A stretch of 64,000 nucleotides of DNA from the human T2T-CHM13v2.0 reference genome, Homo sapiens (GCF_009914755.1 NC_060935.1); one strand, 5' to 3'; counted from the stretch's first letter, positions 40,122 to 57,269 are shown. Translations and numbers: made by a program. The notes: a model not told the origin generated them from the sequence alone.

Positions 40122-42354
40122 TAAGCTCTCAAAAACAGTCATTCCTATGAATTGAGGTGTACAAAGTTTGAATTTGTATCAAAGATGTAATTATTATTTT
40201 TAAAACCTTTTCACTATACTGCTGCTGTAATTACTTTGATTTTTAAAATGTAGATTAATTTTTTTTTTTTTGCTTCAGGTGTGTATCCACCAAGAATTTC
40301 AAATTTATGTGGATTTATTTTATTGGTACATAATCTGTAAACTTCTTAAGGCATTAACATGAAAAGTTTTTTTCTTTTTATTTTATATTGTGGCTCAGGT
40401 TATATTTTGAAGATGTTTTGAGTTTATCCTCCAATAGGCAATGAAGTTGACAAGGTTTTATGAAGGAATAACCAAGTCCCTGGAGTCCTGTGGCTGTTGC
40501 CACAGTAATGCGTCCTGCTGTAAACAGGACAGGTGTGTCCTGTTGAGAATGTGAGCGGGCTCTTCCAGCCTCCTGGTCCCTCCTGACTCTGCCACGCCCC
40601 TCACCTCACTGGCACTTCGATAACTGACTGGACGTGTTAATGGGTCTTTTAGGGTTCTAAAGGGTGAACCACACTTTTAAAGCCCCGGCTGTGGTTCGGA
40701 GGGTTAGTGCTGTATGCCTTTTATTTCCCTTTCCCTTTGAGGTACTGAAAGGATGAAAAGGTGGTGTCATGTTTTGGGGAGAATCTTACTTCTCAAATGG
40801 AAATTGCACTTTTTGCTGAATCCTTTGCATTTTTTTGGTAGTAAGCAGTTCATTGAGTATCAGGTCCTCAAAGGAATGAGTTGGCCCGGCTAGGGTGGGC
40901 CCTCTTGACCTAACTTCAGAGGGGGCCTTGGCTCAGTAGGTGTGAATCAGGGAAGCCACATTGTCCTCAGGGTGCTGTATGAAGCTGGGTGTGGGCGGAT
41001 TCCTCCCACACCTTCACACTGGCCTGCCTCCAACTCATACAGATCTCGGAGCGGTCGGTACTTCATTCATAGGTCCCTGTTCAGGCAGCAGTTCTGTGGG
41101 CTGTGGCCCTCTCCCCTCCAATATGTCCGAAACCATTGTGATGGGTGGCAAATCCCAGGGAGCTCCTAAGCCCTGCTCTGCCCACATCACTGCCACAGAG
41201 AAGTCAGAGGAAGGGACTTGTTGCTAAAAAATCCTTTAAAAGGTTAAATACTTTAAAAGATTAAAGCAACATAACTGTAAACATATCGTATAAAAATGAA
41301 AAACACAGGAACCCTCTTCCCTTCCGCCTGGTGTGGGCTTGGGAAATGGGCAAGCGGCCCCAGCAATCATGGGAGGAACTCTTGCGGGGGAGCGGTCTGG
41401 GATTCCAAATGGGCAGGTCACACGAAGGTCACGATGCTTCTCTGCATCCTGAAAAGGGCTGGGGACAGGGCCAGTGGGGGTGGTAAGGGTATTTATAGCA
41501 CAGTGCTTGAAAAGGGAAGATTAATGTGTAAATATAAAGGACACACAGGCTGGGGGTTGGTCAGAGGCAAGAGGAGGGTGCCTCTGAGCTTCAACCCCTC
41601 CCAGGAACAATGAGCTCAAATTGGAAGAGTCCAGTGGAATCGGGGGGATGGTGTGAGCGCCCCTGTTCAGTCTTTGACAATTGCATACAGAAAAGCAGCT
41701 GGTATGGGTTTGGGTGTCAATGAAAGGGCCAAAGACTGGTGGCCAGCTGGTTTGGGGGATTTGGGCCATTGATAGCATCTCCCAGGAACAACGACTTTTT
41801 GCCTCCAAAGTTGGATCTAGTGATGATCAGCACCAGCAGGAAATGACATTTGGTGTCTGCCCACTGCAGCCATACTGTGACCTCCAGCCAGACTTCCGCC
41901 TAATTGACTCCACTGGATTTGTGCTCTGTTGAGTCAGAGGCTCCCGGGGGTTGGGGATCGAGGGGCGGGGGTCAGCTATGCAGCCCATCACGTGTGTTTT
42001 TCATCTGGGATGAAAAAGCCTGGTTCTCTTTTGAAATGCTTGATTGTACTTATTGAGCTAAACAAGTCTTGGTGACTGTTGTTGATTTGCCTCAAAAGTT
42101 TTAAGTCCTGGGTTTTCAGACTACTGTGTAGCAGCTGTGTGTTTAACATACTGTAGCTTTTTCTCCCTTGGGGGCACATACAAATAGGATGTGTTGATGT
42201 GGACTCTAAACTGTAATTTTCCTGTAACTATTTTGGAATGATGCATATTTCTAATGTTTGTTATACTTGTACAGAGTATTGCTGTTGGTTGCTTTTTTTT
42301 TTTTTTAAGGAAAAAATGGCCTGAAAACATTTTTTTAAAGACTTACAAATACCA

Positions 42355-42362
42355 AATATAAA
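42355..42362 (+). terminator. Probable non-canonical poly(A) signal (AATATA/TATAAA)
   Basis: Upstream TGTA motifs (42150-42275), downstream U/C-rich element 42381-42415. Confidence 0.5.
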
Positions 42363-42496
42363 AAAATGTCAATGCATTATGCCTTTGCTTCTTTCTTTCT
42401 TCTTTTTTCCTTCTTACAATGTGCCAAGCAGTTTACTGGCCTGCATTTTACTTGGGCATCCTTAACAAAAACACATTTCTCTTTGGGATTTCCGGA

Positions 42497-43303
<807 letters not shown>

Positions 43304-44017
43304 CATATTCAGGGCAATTTAGTGAAGAGGAGGCTTGGAGGAAGTGGCTGTGTGTCTTAAGATTGTGTGTGTTCCCAGAAGGTTGGAGGTATGAGCCTGC
43401 AGGTGGATGGATACCCAGTTGGTTGGGGGTGTGTTATGATATAGTTAGCTCTCCTGGGCTTTCTGCTTAGGGACAGCGCTTGGGCTGCGGATAAAGTATC
43501 CATCATCTTCCTGTTTTGATTCAGGCCAAAGTTGTCCCAGAACTTTTCTGCCCACAGTGTTGGTTTAGAGGAGGCAGGGAGACACTGTATTGCTGACCTG
43601 TTATCTGCATACTTAAAAAAAAAAAAAACCAAACTAGGCTACCCTGCAAAATAGCACAGCATTCTCTGCTCCTAGCACTTAGTTTGATAAAAACTACCTT
43701 ACCCAGGTATAGCCTAGGAATTGAGATATTGTGGGAAAGAAAAACCGAATGATCACCTGTGGTTTTATAAAATGTAAAGCTTAAGTGAGAAAACAAATTC
43801 ATAGAACTATAAACAGAGAACAATCCCAATAAGAATTAAATAAGTGCATAGAAGAAAAGAAACACAACTCTAGAATAATATAATAGTGGGATTAGGAGTG
43901 GATTTTATTTTTATATTCACCTGTTTATAGTTTCTAACTTCTCCCAATGAATATGGAGTACTTAAGAGTAACTAGTTTAAAACTTAGCACTTTTCCCTCC
44001 TTGCCTCAAAAAAGTGA

Positions 44018-44368
<351 letters not shown>

Positions 44369-44555
44369 AAGCTTCCAAGTTCTGATAGCCATCCCATCCC
44401 TTCTGGGGTTTCACAGCTCTATTTGGGGCTGAACGTGGCAGATCTCTGGGGCCTCCAACATGAGAGCTTGGGCTTTACATTCCTGCAGGCAGGTGAAGCC
44501 TCCTGACCCAAAAGGTGAGTAGTGGGCCCCTGTTGGGGCCAGCAGTTTTGGATGA

Positions 44556-44574
44556 TGCCACTAGATGGCGGCAG
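44556..44574 (+). promoter_or_regulatory. Candidate CTCF site
   Basis: TGCCACTAGATGGCGGCAG matches CCASYAGRKGGCRS core without mismatch, in non-repeat DNA. Confidence 0.65.
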
Positions 44575-44794
44575 AGAACTGGGCTGTGGAAGCAATCCTT
44601 GGCTAGGCTGTGGCAGGGCAGTGGAGCACATAGGATTGGAAAAGAAACCAGGAGGTCCGTAAGGCAAGGCTAAAAACCAGCAACAGGGCGAAGGAAGCGC
44701 CCTTGCCAGCAGCTGGCAGCTTTCCGTATAATTTGTTAGATAATATGTTCATGGTAAAAAAATTTAGGAAAAGAAGGAAAATAAAAAAATCCTA

Positions 44795-45287
44795 TGTTGT
44801 CACCATTCAACAAGATGTCCCCCAATAATCCTCCCGCCTGGTATTCACATTTTTGTGTAGCCCCTCCTCCACTGTAGCAGGGTTGGTCTGTGTGACTGGT
44901 AGATTGCAGAGAGGTGATGGCATCCCACTTCTGAGATAAAACTGTGCAGTTTCTCTCTCGCTGTCTCTCTCCCTCCAGCCCCCCTCCCACGGCACTCTCT
45001 CCAAAACCAGCTGGCATGTTCTGAGCAGCCTTGAGAGAGGCCCACGTGGTGGGCTTCTTCTGAACCTCCTGCCAACAGCTACATGAGTGGGCCTGGAAGC
45101 AGATTCTCAGGTCAGCCTTTGGATGACAGTAGCCCTGGCCGACAGCTTGACTGCAGCCTCCTGGGAGACCCCAAGCCAGAACCTACCCAGACTCCCTGAC
45201 TTGCAGAAAGCATCTGAGATGATAAATGTTTACTGTTTCAAACTGCTCTGTTTTGGGATAATTTGTTACACAGCAAGAGATAACTAA
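44795..45287 (+). mobile_element. MLT1 (E/F-like) LTR
   Basis: gcagggttggtctgtgtgac..gataaatgtttactgttt..cagcaagagataactaata. Confidence 0.75.
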
Positions 45288-45769
45288 TATGGGCTAATAT
45301 ATCCCACCACATAGGAAATACCACTGTTAACATTTTACTGTAAATAATTCTGTAACCTTTAGAATTCTCACAAACACCACACACACACACACCCCATATG
45401 TGCACACATGCATACATCTTCATCTTCATGTATTTGCTTTCATCTTTTTGCAAAACTGGAATCAAACATGTTCATATTTCTTTTTAAGATTAACATATTT
45501 CTTTGAGTAATATTTCTACTGAAGCGTAATACAGACAGAAAAATGCACTAATCATAGGTTGGCTGTTTGAATAATTGTCCAAAAATGAACACACCCATAT
45601 AACCAGCACCCAAATTAAAAAGTATATACGACCAGCATGCCATAAGCCACCTTGGTGCCCCCTTTCAGCCACACCCTGGCAAAGCTAACCACTATCCTGG
45701 CTGCTAACCTTTTAAGTTGGTTCTGTGCTCAATTTTTTGAAACTTGCTTCTTTTTTAAAATTAAAAATT

Positions 45770-46255
<486 letters not shown>

Positions 46256-46433
46256 TGACATATTGTGAACTCTTTCTGTGTTATTAGGTATTCATCCTGT
46301 TCACCATTTTAAGAGCTGCATAATACTCCATAGTATGGACACATACCACTCTCGAGTTAACTACTCTTTTATTGATTGCCATTAGATTATTTCTGATTTT
46401 ACTCTCCTGTGAATAAGGATGTGGCATCTATCA

Positions 46434-46820
<387 letters not shown>

Positions 46821-46995
46821 GTAACGCTTAGATGAAATTCTGCTAAATTTTTCTCTAGATAGCAATTTACACTCTCATTATAGTGTGTGAGAATGCCTGT
46901 TTCTTTACAGCTTCATCCACAATGAACATTATAATAATGAACACCCCGCCCCCCTCCTTTTGTAACTTGAATAGGCAAATGAAAAAGAAGCAAAC

Positions 46996-47742
46996 TGTGC
47001 TAGGCCTTTCTTGGATTGCTGTAAAGAAACACCACCTGAGACTGTTTAATTGATAAAGAAAAGAGGTTTTAGTTTGGCTCATGGCTCTGCAGGCTATACA
47101 GGAAGTGTGGTGCTGGCATCTGCTTCTAGTGAGGGCCTCAGGAAGCTACAATCACGGAGGAGGGTGACCGGGAGCCAGCATGTCACATGGCAAGGGCAGG
47201 AGCAAGAAAGAGAGGGTGACAGATGGGGGGACGTGTCACATGCTATTAAACAACCAGATCTTGCGTGAACTCGGAGGGAAAACTCGCACTTCACCAAGGG
47301 GATGGCTGTGAGCCATTCACAAGGGATTCGTCCCTATGATTGGAGCACTTCCCACCAGGCCCCATCTCCAACACTGGGAATTATATTTCTTCCTTTTTTT
47401 TTTTCTTTGAGGCGGAGTCTCCCTCTTTTGCCCAGCCTGGAGTGCTGTGGCGCGATCTCGGCTCATCACAACCTCCGCCTCCTGGGTTCAAGTGATTCTC
47501 TTGCCTCAGCCTCCTGAGTAGCTGGGATTACAGGCTCCCACTACCATGCCCAGCTAATTTTTGTATTTTTAGTAGAGATGGGGTTTCACCGTGTTGGCCA
47601 GGCTGGCCTCAAACTCCCGACCTCAAGTCATCTGCCCATCTTGGCCTCTCAAAGTTTGTGATTACAGGTGTGAGCCACCATGCCCAGGAGGAATTACATT
47701 TCAACGTGAGGTTTGGAGGGGACAAACATCCAAACAATATCA
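46996..47742 (-). mobile_element. MST (MaLR) LTR interrupted by Alu (47393-47687)
   Basis: aagaaaagaggttt..ctgcaggctatacaggaag..gtgagggcctcaggaagct..ggaggggacaaacatccaaacaatatca. Confidence 0.85.
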
Positions 47743-48697
47743 CAAACTCAAAACTTCTGGGAGCCTTTATATGGAGTTGGGAGCACCGGTTCGAGTCTCC
47801 CACTTAGTGAGGGCCACACATCCAGGATCTAAGGAATTCTGTCCTGTGTTTCCACAGCTGCAGTCTTGGGTGTGAGACCAGGTGTCATATCAGGAGACCA
47901 ATTTTGTTATGTCAAAATTGCATGCTCAGGGGTCATGGTTGTGTCTTGGACAACCTGATCCAGACTCATAGGCCCTGATGCTGCAGCCTTGGCAGTGTGA
48001 GGGTCCTTCTGAGGCATTTCATGTTCCCTGACATGGGCCATAGACTCCCTAGATGGGAAGAATCCGTGAAGGCCCTTTCAACAAATCCACTGGTCCTATC
48101 CACTCCACCTAGCCTGGAGGCTTAATTACTTCCAGAACCTTTAGAGGGAGGGAGATGGCATGGCTCTTTCTTGGAAAGTCTGGAAGGACACCATGGGCTA
48201 GAGGGGACAGACACATGCCTCATGTGGCCTCACAGGTCAGCCTAGGACCTGTGACAGTGACAGGGAGACAGGTTTGGCTTAACACAAGGAAGGGCCTTTT
48301 GAGGAGCAAACTCCCCTGAGGGGTCAGCCCTCTCATGGGAGCAGCTCAGGGGAGAAGGCTCAGCCTTGGCTGCTGGGAAGGCCTCTTTCCTGGAGCGTGA
48401 CTGATGACTTTGTGCCTCCCTCTGCTCTACCTCCTGGTGTAATGTTGTTGGTCCTGGGGGCAGTGAGATGGAAAGAAGGCATCAGGGAACAAGATGGATC
48501 TGCCCTTTGCATTTGCTTCTGATGGGGAGGGGGTCATCTCAGTCACTTCATGGTAACCAGCTGAAGCAGGAGGGTATCTGGGGTTGTGGATGGGACATGG
48601 CTGTGTCCCAACCACCAGCCTGCCTCCACTACATTCTGCTCAGAATCCACCCTCCAGCCATAATAAACCACTTACACATGATTTCTATACATGAGAT

Positions 48698-49217
48698 TGT
48701 TGGATATAAAATGCTCCAGGAATAAATGCTCGGTGCAGCGAAGTAAAACCAGCACTCAGGCAAAAGTTTAATTCTCTCAGCAAGGCAATTTACTTCTGTA
48801 GAAGGGTGTCACTTGCATCAGTAAAAATCACAAGAGCACAGAGAACAAAGGAGACCAGGGAGTTTTTATCCTTAATGCAGTCCCTATCTCTGTGTCACTC
48901 CCCCATGGGCTGGGGTCAGACTGCAAAATCTGAGCTGACCCAGTTGGCTACTTGTACATATTTTCCTAAATATAGAAGGGGAGGGGGACGTGAGGTACAG
49001 AGGTGGAACGTGTGAGATGTGCAGTTTCGGGGGAACAATGGGTAGAGGTCACCAAGGGAACAGATTTATTGATTAGAGCTAACGGACATGGGGTAGGCTG
49101 TTTATGCTAACTAGGGGCAAGGAAGAACAAGAAAGTTGAGTTTGCGAACGAGGGATAAGGAAGTTAACAGGCTAAATCCTTTGAAGAGAAACTCAGAAAG
49201 ATTTATTGTGTCTTACA
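48698..49217 (-). mobile_element. LTR10-like (ERV1) solo LTR
   Basis: TG..CA ends, minus strand starts tgtaagacacaataaatctttctgagtttctcttcaaag; 4-bp TSD AGAT/AGGT. Confidence 0.7.
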
Positions 49218-50005
49218 AGGTATCTTCTTTTTGCTCAAATTCTTGTATGCTTCCCCCTTTCCTTGGCCAAACTCAGCTTTAGTCATTCCTCACTCTAGAA
49301 AGCCTTCTCTTACTCCTTTCTATTTAGACTGTGCTACCATAGAATCTCACACATGACCTTGGGGCCCAGCTGGCTCTCCCGCATAGAGCTGTTGTCAACG
49401 TTAAGCGAAAAGATAGTGCCTGGAACATAGTAAGTAATAAGTAAATGTCTGCTACTATTTTTATCATAGCATTTGGAACACAGGATTGTAATTGTGGCTT
49501 CACAATTCTGTGGGGCAGGAGCTATTTCTCATTTATCCCTGGATACCCGGAGGCCAGCACATGGCCTGGCATCTGGATACACAGTGTGTTTGCTGAATGC
49601 ATGCACGCCTGAGTACATGACTGCATGGATGGAGCAGGCCTTCTCCACCATAGTACAGTTACAGGGTGTCAGGAAGAGCCTTCCACCCAAACACGTGTAT
49701 TGCATGAAATCCCAACCTTGGAGGAGGAGAACAAGCTGATGTTCACGGAGTGCCTGCTCTGGGTGGGGCTTGACACTGCCGAGCACTTGACATATGTTCT
49801 ATTAATCCTAGGAGACGAGTTTGCTGAGGGTTCCAAAATGTGCCCTGCAGCTCAGGTGAGTACCTGCAGAACAGCACCCCGGATCGTTTAGAGCTGATCT
49901 CACCTTGCTGTCAAGCCCCGTCCTGCTGATGGCGAAGGGCTGCGGAAAGCATGGACTTGTCAGTTAAAGGTGGTTCAGTGTCTTCTGGTTAAAAGCTTTT
50001 TTACA

Positions 50006-50280
50006 CAGGAACAGAAAACCAAAGACTGCACGTTCTCACTTATAAGTAGGAGCTAAATGTTGAGAACACATGGATACGTAAAGGGGAACAACACACGCGG
50101 GGGCCTGCTTGAGGGTGAAGGGTAGGAGGAGGGAGAGGATCAGGAAAAATAACTAGTGGATACGAGGCTTAATACTCACCTGGGTAATGAAATAATCTGT
50201 ACAACACACCCCCGTGACACGTTTACCTGTACAACAAAACTGCACATAGATCTCTGAACTTAAAAGTTAAAAAAGAAAAA
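50006..50280 (+). mobile_element. Older L1PA (about PA13-16) 3' end
   Basis: gttctcacttataagtaggagctaaa..gaaataatctgtacaacac..cttaaaagttaaaaaa. Confidence 0.8.
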
Positions 50281-50384
50281 CAACCAAATTGTTTTTTAGG
50301 TAAACTCAGGTTCTCTTTGATAAATGCTCAGTCTTGAAAGTTTTCTCCATCCACTCTCCTCCTTTGATTTTTTTCAACTTTTTA

Positions 50385-50507
50385 AATTTTTTTGAGATGG
50401 GGTCTTGCAATATTGCCCACGCTGGTCTTGAACTCCTGGGCTCAAGCGATCCTCCCAACTCGGCCTCCTGAGTAGCTAGGATGACAAGCGTTGGCCATCA
50501 AGCCGGC
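50385..50507 (-). mobile_element. FLAM Alu monomer
   Basis: Monomeric Alu reverse complement. Confidence 0.75.
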
Positions 50508-51265
50508 TTCCTTTGTTTTTTTTTTTTTTAAGATGGAGGCTAGAGGAGGGGGAAGCCTGTGTCTTCTCATGGCGGTGGGGCGGAAACCCTTCTGGTCTTC
50601 AGGCCATCCTGTGGCCTTCACTGGCTCTTGCTGATATGTCTTACCCTGTGTATCTCCAGGCATTGCCTGTTATTGTTGAATCTGATGGAGATGAAATTGG
50701 TCTCCTTCTGCCCTTGGCCATGTTTGTTGCTCCTGGCCATGGACTCTGTCATTACAGAGGATTAATTAATCATTAATTAATGATTCTCCTTAATCCATTA
50801 TTGAGGACAAGGCTGCCTCCTTGTCCGGACCTCAGATCTCATGGTCTGTGCGGCTTCAAAGCATCCCTGGGATAGGGTGCATGGGAAGTTCTCGTTCTCT
50901 TGCACATGCACACTGCAGCTCTGCTTTCACCCATGCAGCTCTGCTGCTCCTTTGCTGTGCTGGAAGTGGGGATGAAGCTCATATGCGGATGTTCTCAAAA
51001 TCTTTTTCAGCCTTATCTGGAATTTCTTCCTGACTTTTTGTTGCCTTGAGTCCCAATTCCCCTGCAAGAGGGCGGGATGCTGGCGTCTTTGTTGGGGGCC
51101 CAGGTGGTGTCCTCAGGGACTCTAGTCTCATCCCTTCTGAATGCCTCTTTCCACTGCACCTTCAGCCAGAGCCTCTTCAGGCCCTCCCTGTTTTATCCTC
51201 AGTTTTCTCTCCCCATGGTTAGAATAAAATTGTTTGCTCAGATTCTGAGCTTTCCTCTTAAAAAA

Positions 51266-53210
<1,945 letters not shown>

Positions 53211-54125
53211 AATGAGATCCTGTCTTTTGCTCTCTGAGATTTGCAATTAAAGAAACCTATTTTTGTGGTTCAGGATGATCATATTGACCATGATTCATCT
53301 GCATAGAAGAATATTAGAAGCCCCTAAGGAATCCTACCATGAGGGAAAGGGGTACCTGTGTTGATGCTGTAGGCTCAGCACTGGGGTTTGCGTGGGAGTT
53401 TTGATTTGATGCAACATGCTGGGGCTGGAAGCTTCTCTGGATCCAACCATCCTAGACCACTGTGTTTTGGGGATCAAGAGCTGAGCATGTGAGAATGAAC
53501 AAAGAGAACAATGACCTTGGAGCACAAGTAGGGAAGCTAACCTTGGCATGGCAGAAGTCAGACCTGCAGCAGCATCACTGCAGCAGTGGGCGGAAGACAC
53601 AGGCCCACCAGATTATATGGGACCAACTGCATGGTAATGACCGAAAACAAGGATTAGTCAGATTTTTAATTTTCTCTCTTCACACATGGCTTTTTGGAAG
53701 CAGGAGTCCTTTTGACTGAGTTTTCCTGGGAAGTTCTTGGAAAATTTGGGATGGAGATGGGGTCTGGCATTGTGTGAGAGAGAATGAACTTCCTACTAAT
53801 AAGACAGGTGAGGCCTTGAGCCATTAGTTGGATTAAAAAAAAGATGTGATTTAATTTTTATTTTCCAGGAGGTGAGACAGATTGTAGGAAATGGAGTAAA
53901 TTAATGGCTGCCATAACAAACAACCCCTTGATCTCAATGGCCTATTCTCATACCCCAGTTTCATGCGGTTGGCAGCCACTCAAGAACCTAGGCTGGTAGG
54001 GGTTGTACGACCTTTAACCCAAACCTCTCAAGGTCACCCAAAGTGTCATTCAGCTGGTAGACAAAGAAGAGAAGGCCAAAGACAATGTGTGGGAGGTTTT
54101 TATGGCCAAGTTGGGAAGTGACATG

Positions 54126-54480
54126 CAGTCGATTCTCTGTATTCATGGGTTCTGCATTCACAGATTCAACCAGTTGCAGATTGAAAATATTTGGAGAAAA
54201 AACCCATCAATAAAACCCACAAACATTTAAAATAAAAATAAAAGTATAGCAATATAATAATAAAACATAAAATAAAAGATACAATATAACAGCCATTTAG
54301 ATAGCATTTGCACTGTATTAGGTATTATAAGTAATCTAGATGATTTAAAGTGCAGAGGAGGATGTGCATAGTTTATATGACAATGCGACACCACTTTATA
54401 TAAAGGATTTGACCACTCATAGATTTTGGTGTCCACCAGGGTCCTAGAACCAATCCCCTGTGAATACCAAGGGACATCTG
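54126..54480. mobile_element. MER2-like Tigger DNA transposon
   Basis: cagtcgattctctgtattcatgggtt..aaccaatcccctgtgaataccaagggacatctg. Confidence 0.75.
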
Positions 54481-55531
54481 TGTATGACTGTCATCCACAT
54501 TCCATTGATAGGGAAATGGCATTTAGCTGCATGCCCGGGAAGAAGATAACTGGATGTTCGTGAGTATTGGCATTCTCTGCCACATTTGTCAGGAGGTTGA
54601 ATATAGTGCTTGGCCCAGTGTCCGGTGCACAGCAGGGATTCCATAAATGGCAGTGTCCTCTCCCCTTCCAGAGCAACCTGTGTGGGGAAGGGGTAGAGGA
54701 GAAATGAATGACCTCTGTTTTTCTGCATTGGCACAGTGGCCCAGCTGCTTCCAAATGTGTTGTTACGGACCTTAAAGGGGTACTGGTTAAAGATTATGTC
54801 TTAATTTTGGCCCACAATATGTTTACAGGAGGAATCTGGAACCTTAAGTCCTGGCTTATCAGTGACCTGAACATTTAATGAGGATGTTTTTTCCCAACCT
54901 CCAATCATGCCTTTAATTATGTAGCTGGAGCTGCTGAGAATCTCAGGGAGGTAAAAGAAGTTCTCAGGTAGCTCTGAAGAACCCTCAGGGGATGACATTA
55001 ATTTACTTCTTTGACAACTTTTCCTAACTCTCTGCCTCAACTCCTTAGGGTGTAGTTAGTTGCCAAAGGCTGTCACCATGCCATAAAACCTGGGTGTGGG
55101 CCCAGAGGGCAGAGGGCTGAATGATCATCAAAACTTACAGAAAGAAGAACTAATTGGCCCTTTTTCTCCCCTTGATGATCCCTGTAGCAGCAGAGAACAT
55201 TTTCCACTAAATTCAAAAAGGTCAATATCTGAGTTGTGGAGGGTTAGTGGAAACAACTGAATATGTGGATTCAATCTACAAGTTTTTTTTTCACTTACAG
55301 TATTATGTTTTGCAACTTGCTTTTTTGATTAACTAACAATATATTTTGGAGCTTTTTCAATGTCAGTATATGTAGATGTATCCATTCTTTTAACTTTTTC
55401 ATAGTATTTTATTTTACACATGCACCAAAATGTGTGTGTGTGTGTATGTATCAATCTCAAGATTGAGCTAATTATACTCTTTGTTTCATCACTGATCCAT
55501 GTACAGTCTCATTTATTTATTTATTTTGTCT

Positions 55532-55833
55532 TTCTTCTTTTTTTTTTTTTTGAGATGGAGTCTCACTCTGTTGCCCAGGCTGGAGTTGAGTGGCACAATC
55601 TTGGCTCACTGCAACCTCTGCCTCCTGGGTTCAAGCGATCCTCCTGCCTCAGCCTCCTGGGTAGCTGCGATTACAAGAATGTGCCACCAAGCCCAGCTAA
55701 TTTTTGTAGTTTTAGTAGAGACAGGGTTTCACCATATTGGCCAGGCTGGTCTTAAACCTGGCGGATCAAGAGATCCGCCAACCTCGGCCTCTCAAAATGC
55801 TGGGATTACCGGTGTGAGCTACCGCGCCTGGCC
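55532..55833 (-). mobile_element. Alu
   Basis: Dimeric Alu reverse complement. Confidence 0.9.
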
Positions 55834-56867
55834 TGTCTTCATTATTCTCTCATCTCCTATATCTTCCAAATAAGCAATATTCTACTGTGTTTAGGTAGAC
55901 CTTTTTTGGGTACATTGCAAATAATGTTTTATATGATAAGCAATGCTACAGTGTCTTTGTATACATCACTCTTGGGCCATTTGCAATATTACTTTAGGAG
56001 AGGTAACCAGGACAATTGCTGGCTCACTGGAATGCACATTACATTTTCAAGAAGGAGGCCAAGTTGTCCTGCTAGAAAGCTAAACAACTCAGTTTTTTAC
56101 ATTAGGATAGGTCATGGCAGCAGATGGTCCAGAAAACTCCAAGGGCTTAATCAACATCAGGTGGCAGTGCTGAGTAGTGTCAGGTTGGTGGGTGGCTCTT
56201 GTCATTCAGGAATATCAACTAAGGCCTCTGCATTATCTGCACCCAGGCAGTGGAAGAGGAAGGGCTTGGAGTGTGTGCACATAAAGCTTTTATGGTCAGG
56301 CCTGCATGTGGCTCACATCACTTCTTATGTTCTATTGGAGAGAACTTATTTACCTGCACTCCTGACTGCATTAGTGGCCAGCAATGTTGTCTAGCTGCGT
56401 GCCTAAATGAGGGGGATAGTGACCTTTGGTGGACAATTAGTGGTCTCTGCCCCAGTTATTAACTTACAGGCTGTCTTTGACCATTTTTGTTACTATAAAG
56501 AAATACCTGTGGCTGAATAATGTGGACTAAACTCTGATTTTTTTTTTTTTTTATCTCGCCCAAATTCCTTTCTAAGGGGTCTGGGGAGTGATGCCCTACA
56601 AACCACAAATTCTCATCAGACGGATTTTATTTAACCCTATAGATTATGACTTACTTTCCAATTTGACTCTGGCATAACATTACGTGACAAAGAACAAAGC
56701 CAAAATATTTTCCAAAACATGTTTCTTTGGCTTGTTTTGAAATGGTCCTGCGAAGCTGTCCTTTGTGGGGGAAAATGTGCATCTATAAAGAATCTCTAAT
56801 AACATAGCTAGATCTTTTTCTTCCATGCCCTCCCAATTCTGAATAGATTAAGTAAGAGTTTATCATC

Positions 56868-57222
56868 TTTTTTTCTTTTTTTAAATTTTATTATTATTAT
56901 ACTCTAAGTTTTATGGTACATGTGCACAATGTGCAGGTTTGTTACTTATGTATACATGTGCCATACTGGTGTGCTGCACCCATCAACTCGTCATTTAGCA
57001 TTAGGTATATCTCCTAATGCTATCCCTTCCCCCTCTCCCCACCCCACAACAGTCCCCGGTGTGTGATGTTCCCCTTCCTGTGTCCATGTGTTCTCATTGT
57101 TCAATTCCCATCTATGACTGAGAACATGTGGTGTTTGGTTTTCTGTCCTTGCAATAGTTTGCTGAGAATGATGGTTTCCAGCTTCATCCACGTCACTACA
57201 AAGGACATGAACACATCATCAT
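56868..57222 (-). mobile_element. L1PA4-type 3' UTR end (~350 bp)
   Basis: Diagnostic gtttgttac, tcatttagc, ctcctaatg, ccccggtgtg. Confidence 0.88.
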
Positions 57223-57269
57223 TTTTTTTTTTGCTTTATGATATATTTTCTTTCTTTTTTTTTCAGTGT

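Larger units (their letters stand above)
38893..42375 (+). other. PTPRJ: PTPRJ 3' UTR (long isoform)
   Basis: ~3.5 kb free of recognisable transposons, AU-rich, ending at variant poly(A) hexamer 42355-42362 followed by U-rich tract; repeats resume at ~42497. Confidence 0.75.

Noticed and set aside
55906-56394. 162-aa intergenic ORF
   Set aside because: Non-ATG start, no recognisable domain, overlaps degraded L1M/MLT-like sequence.
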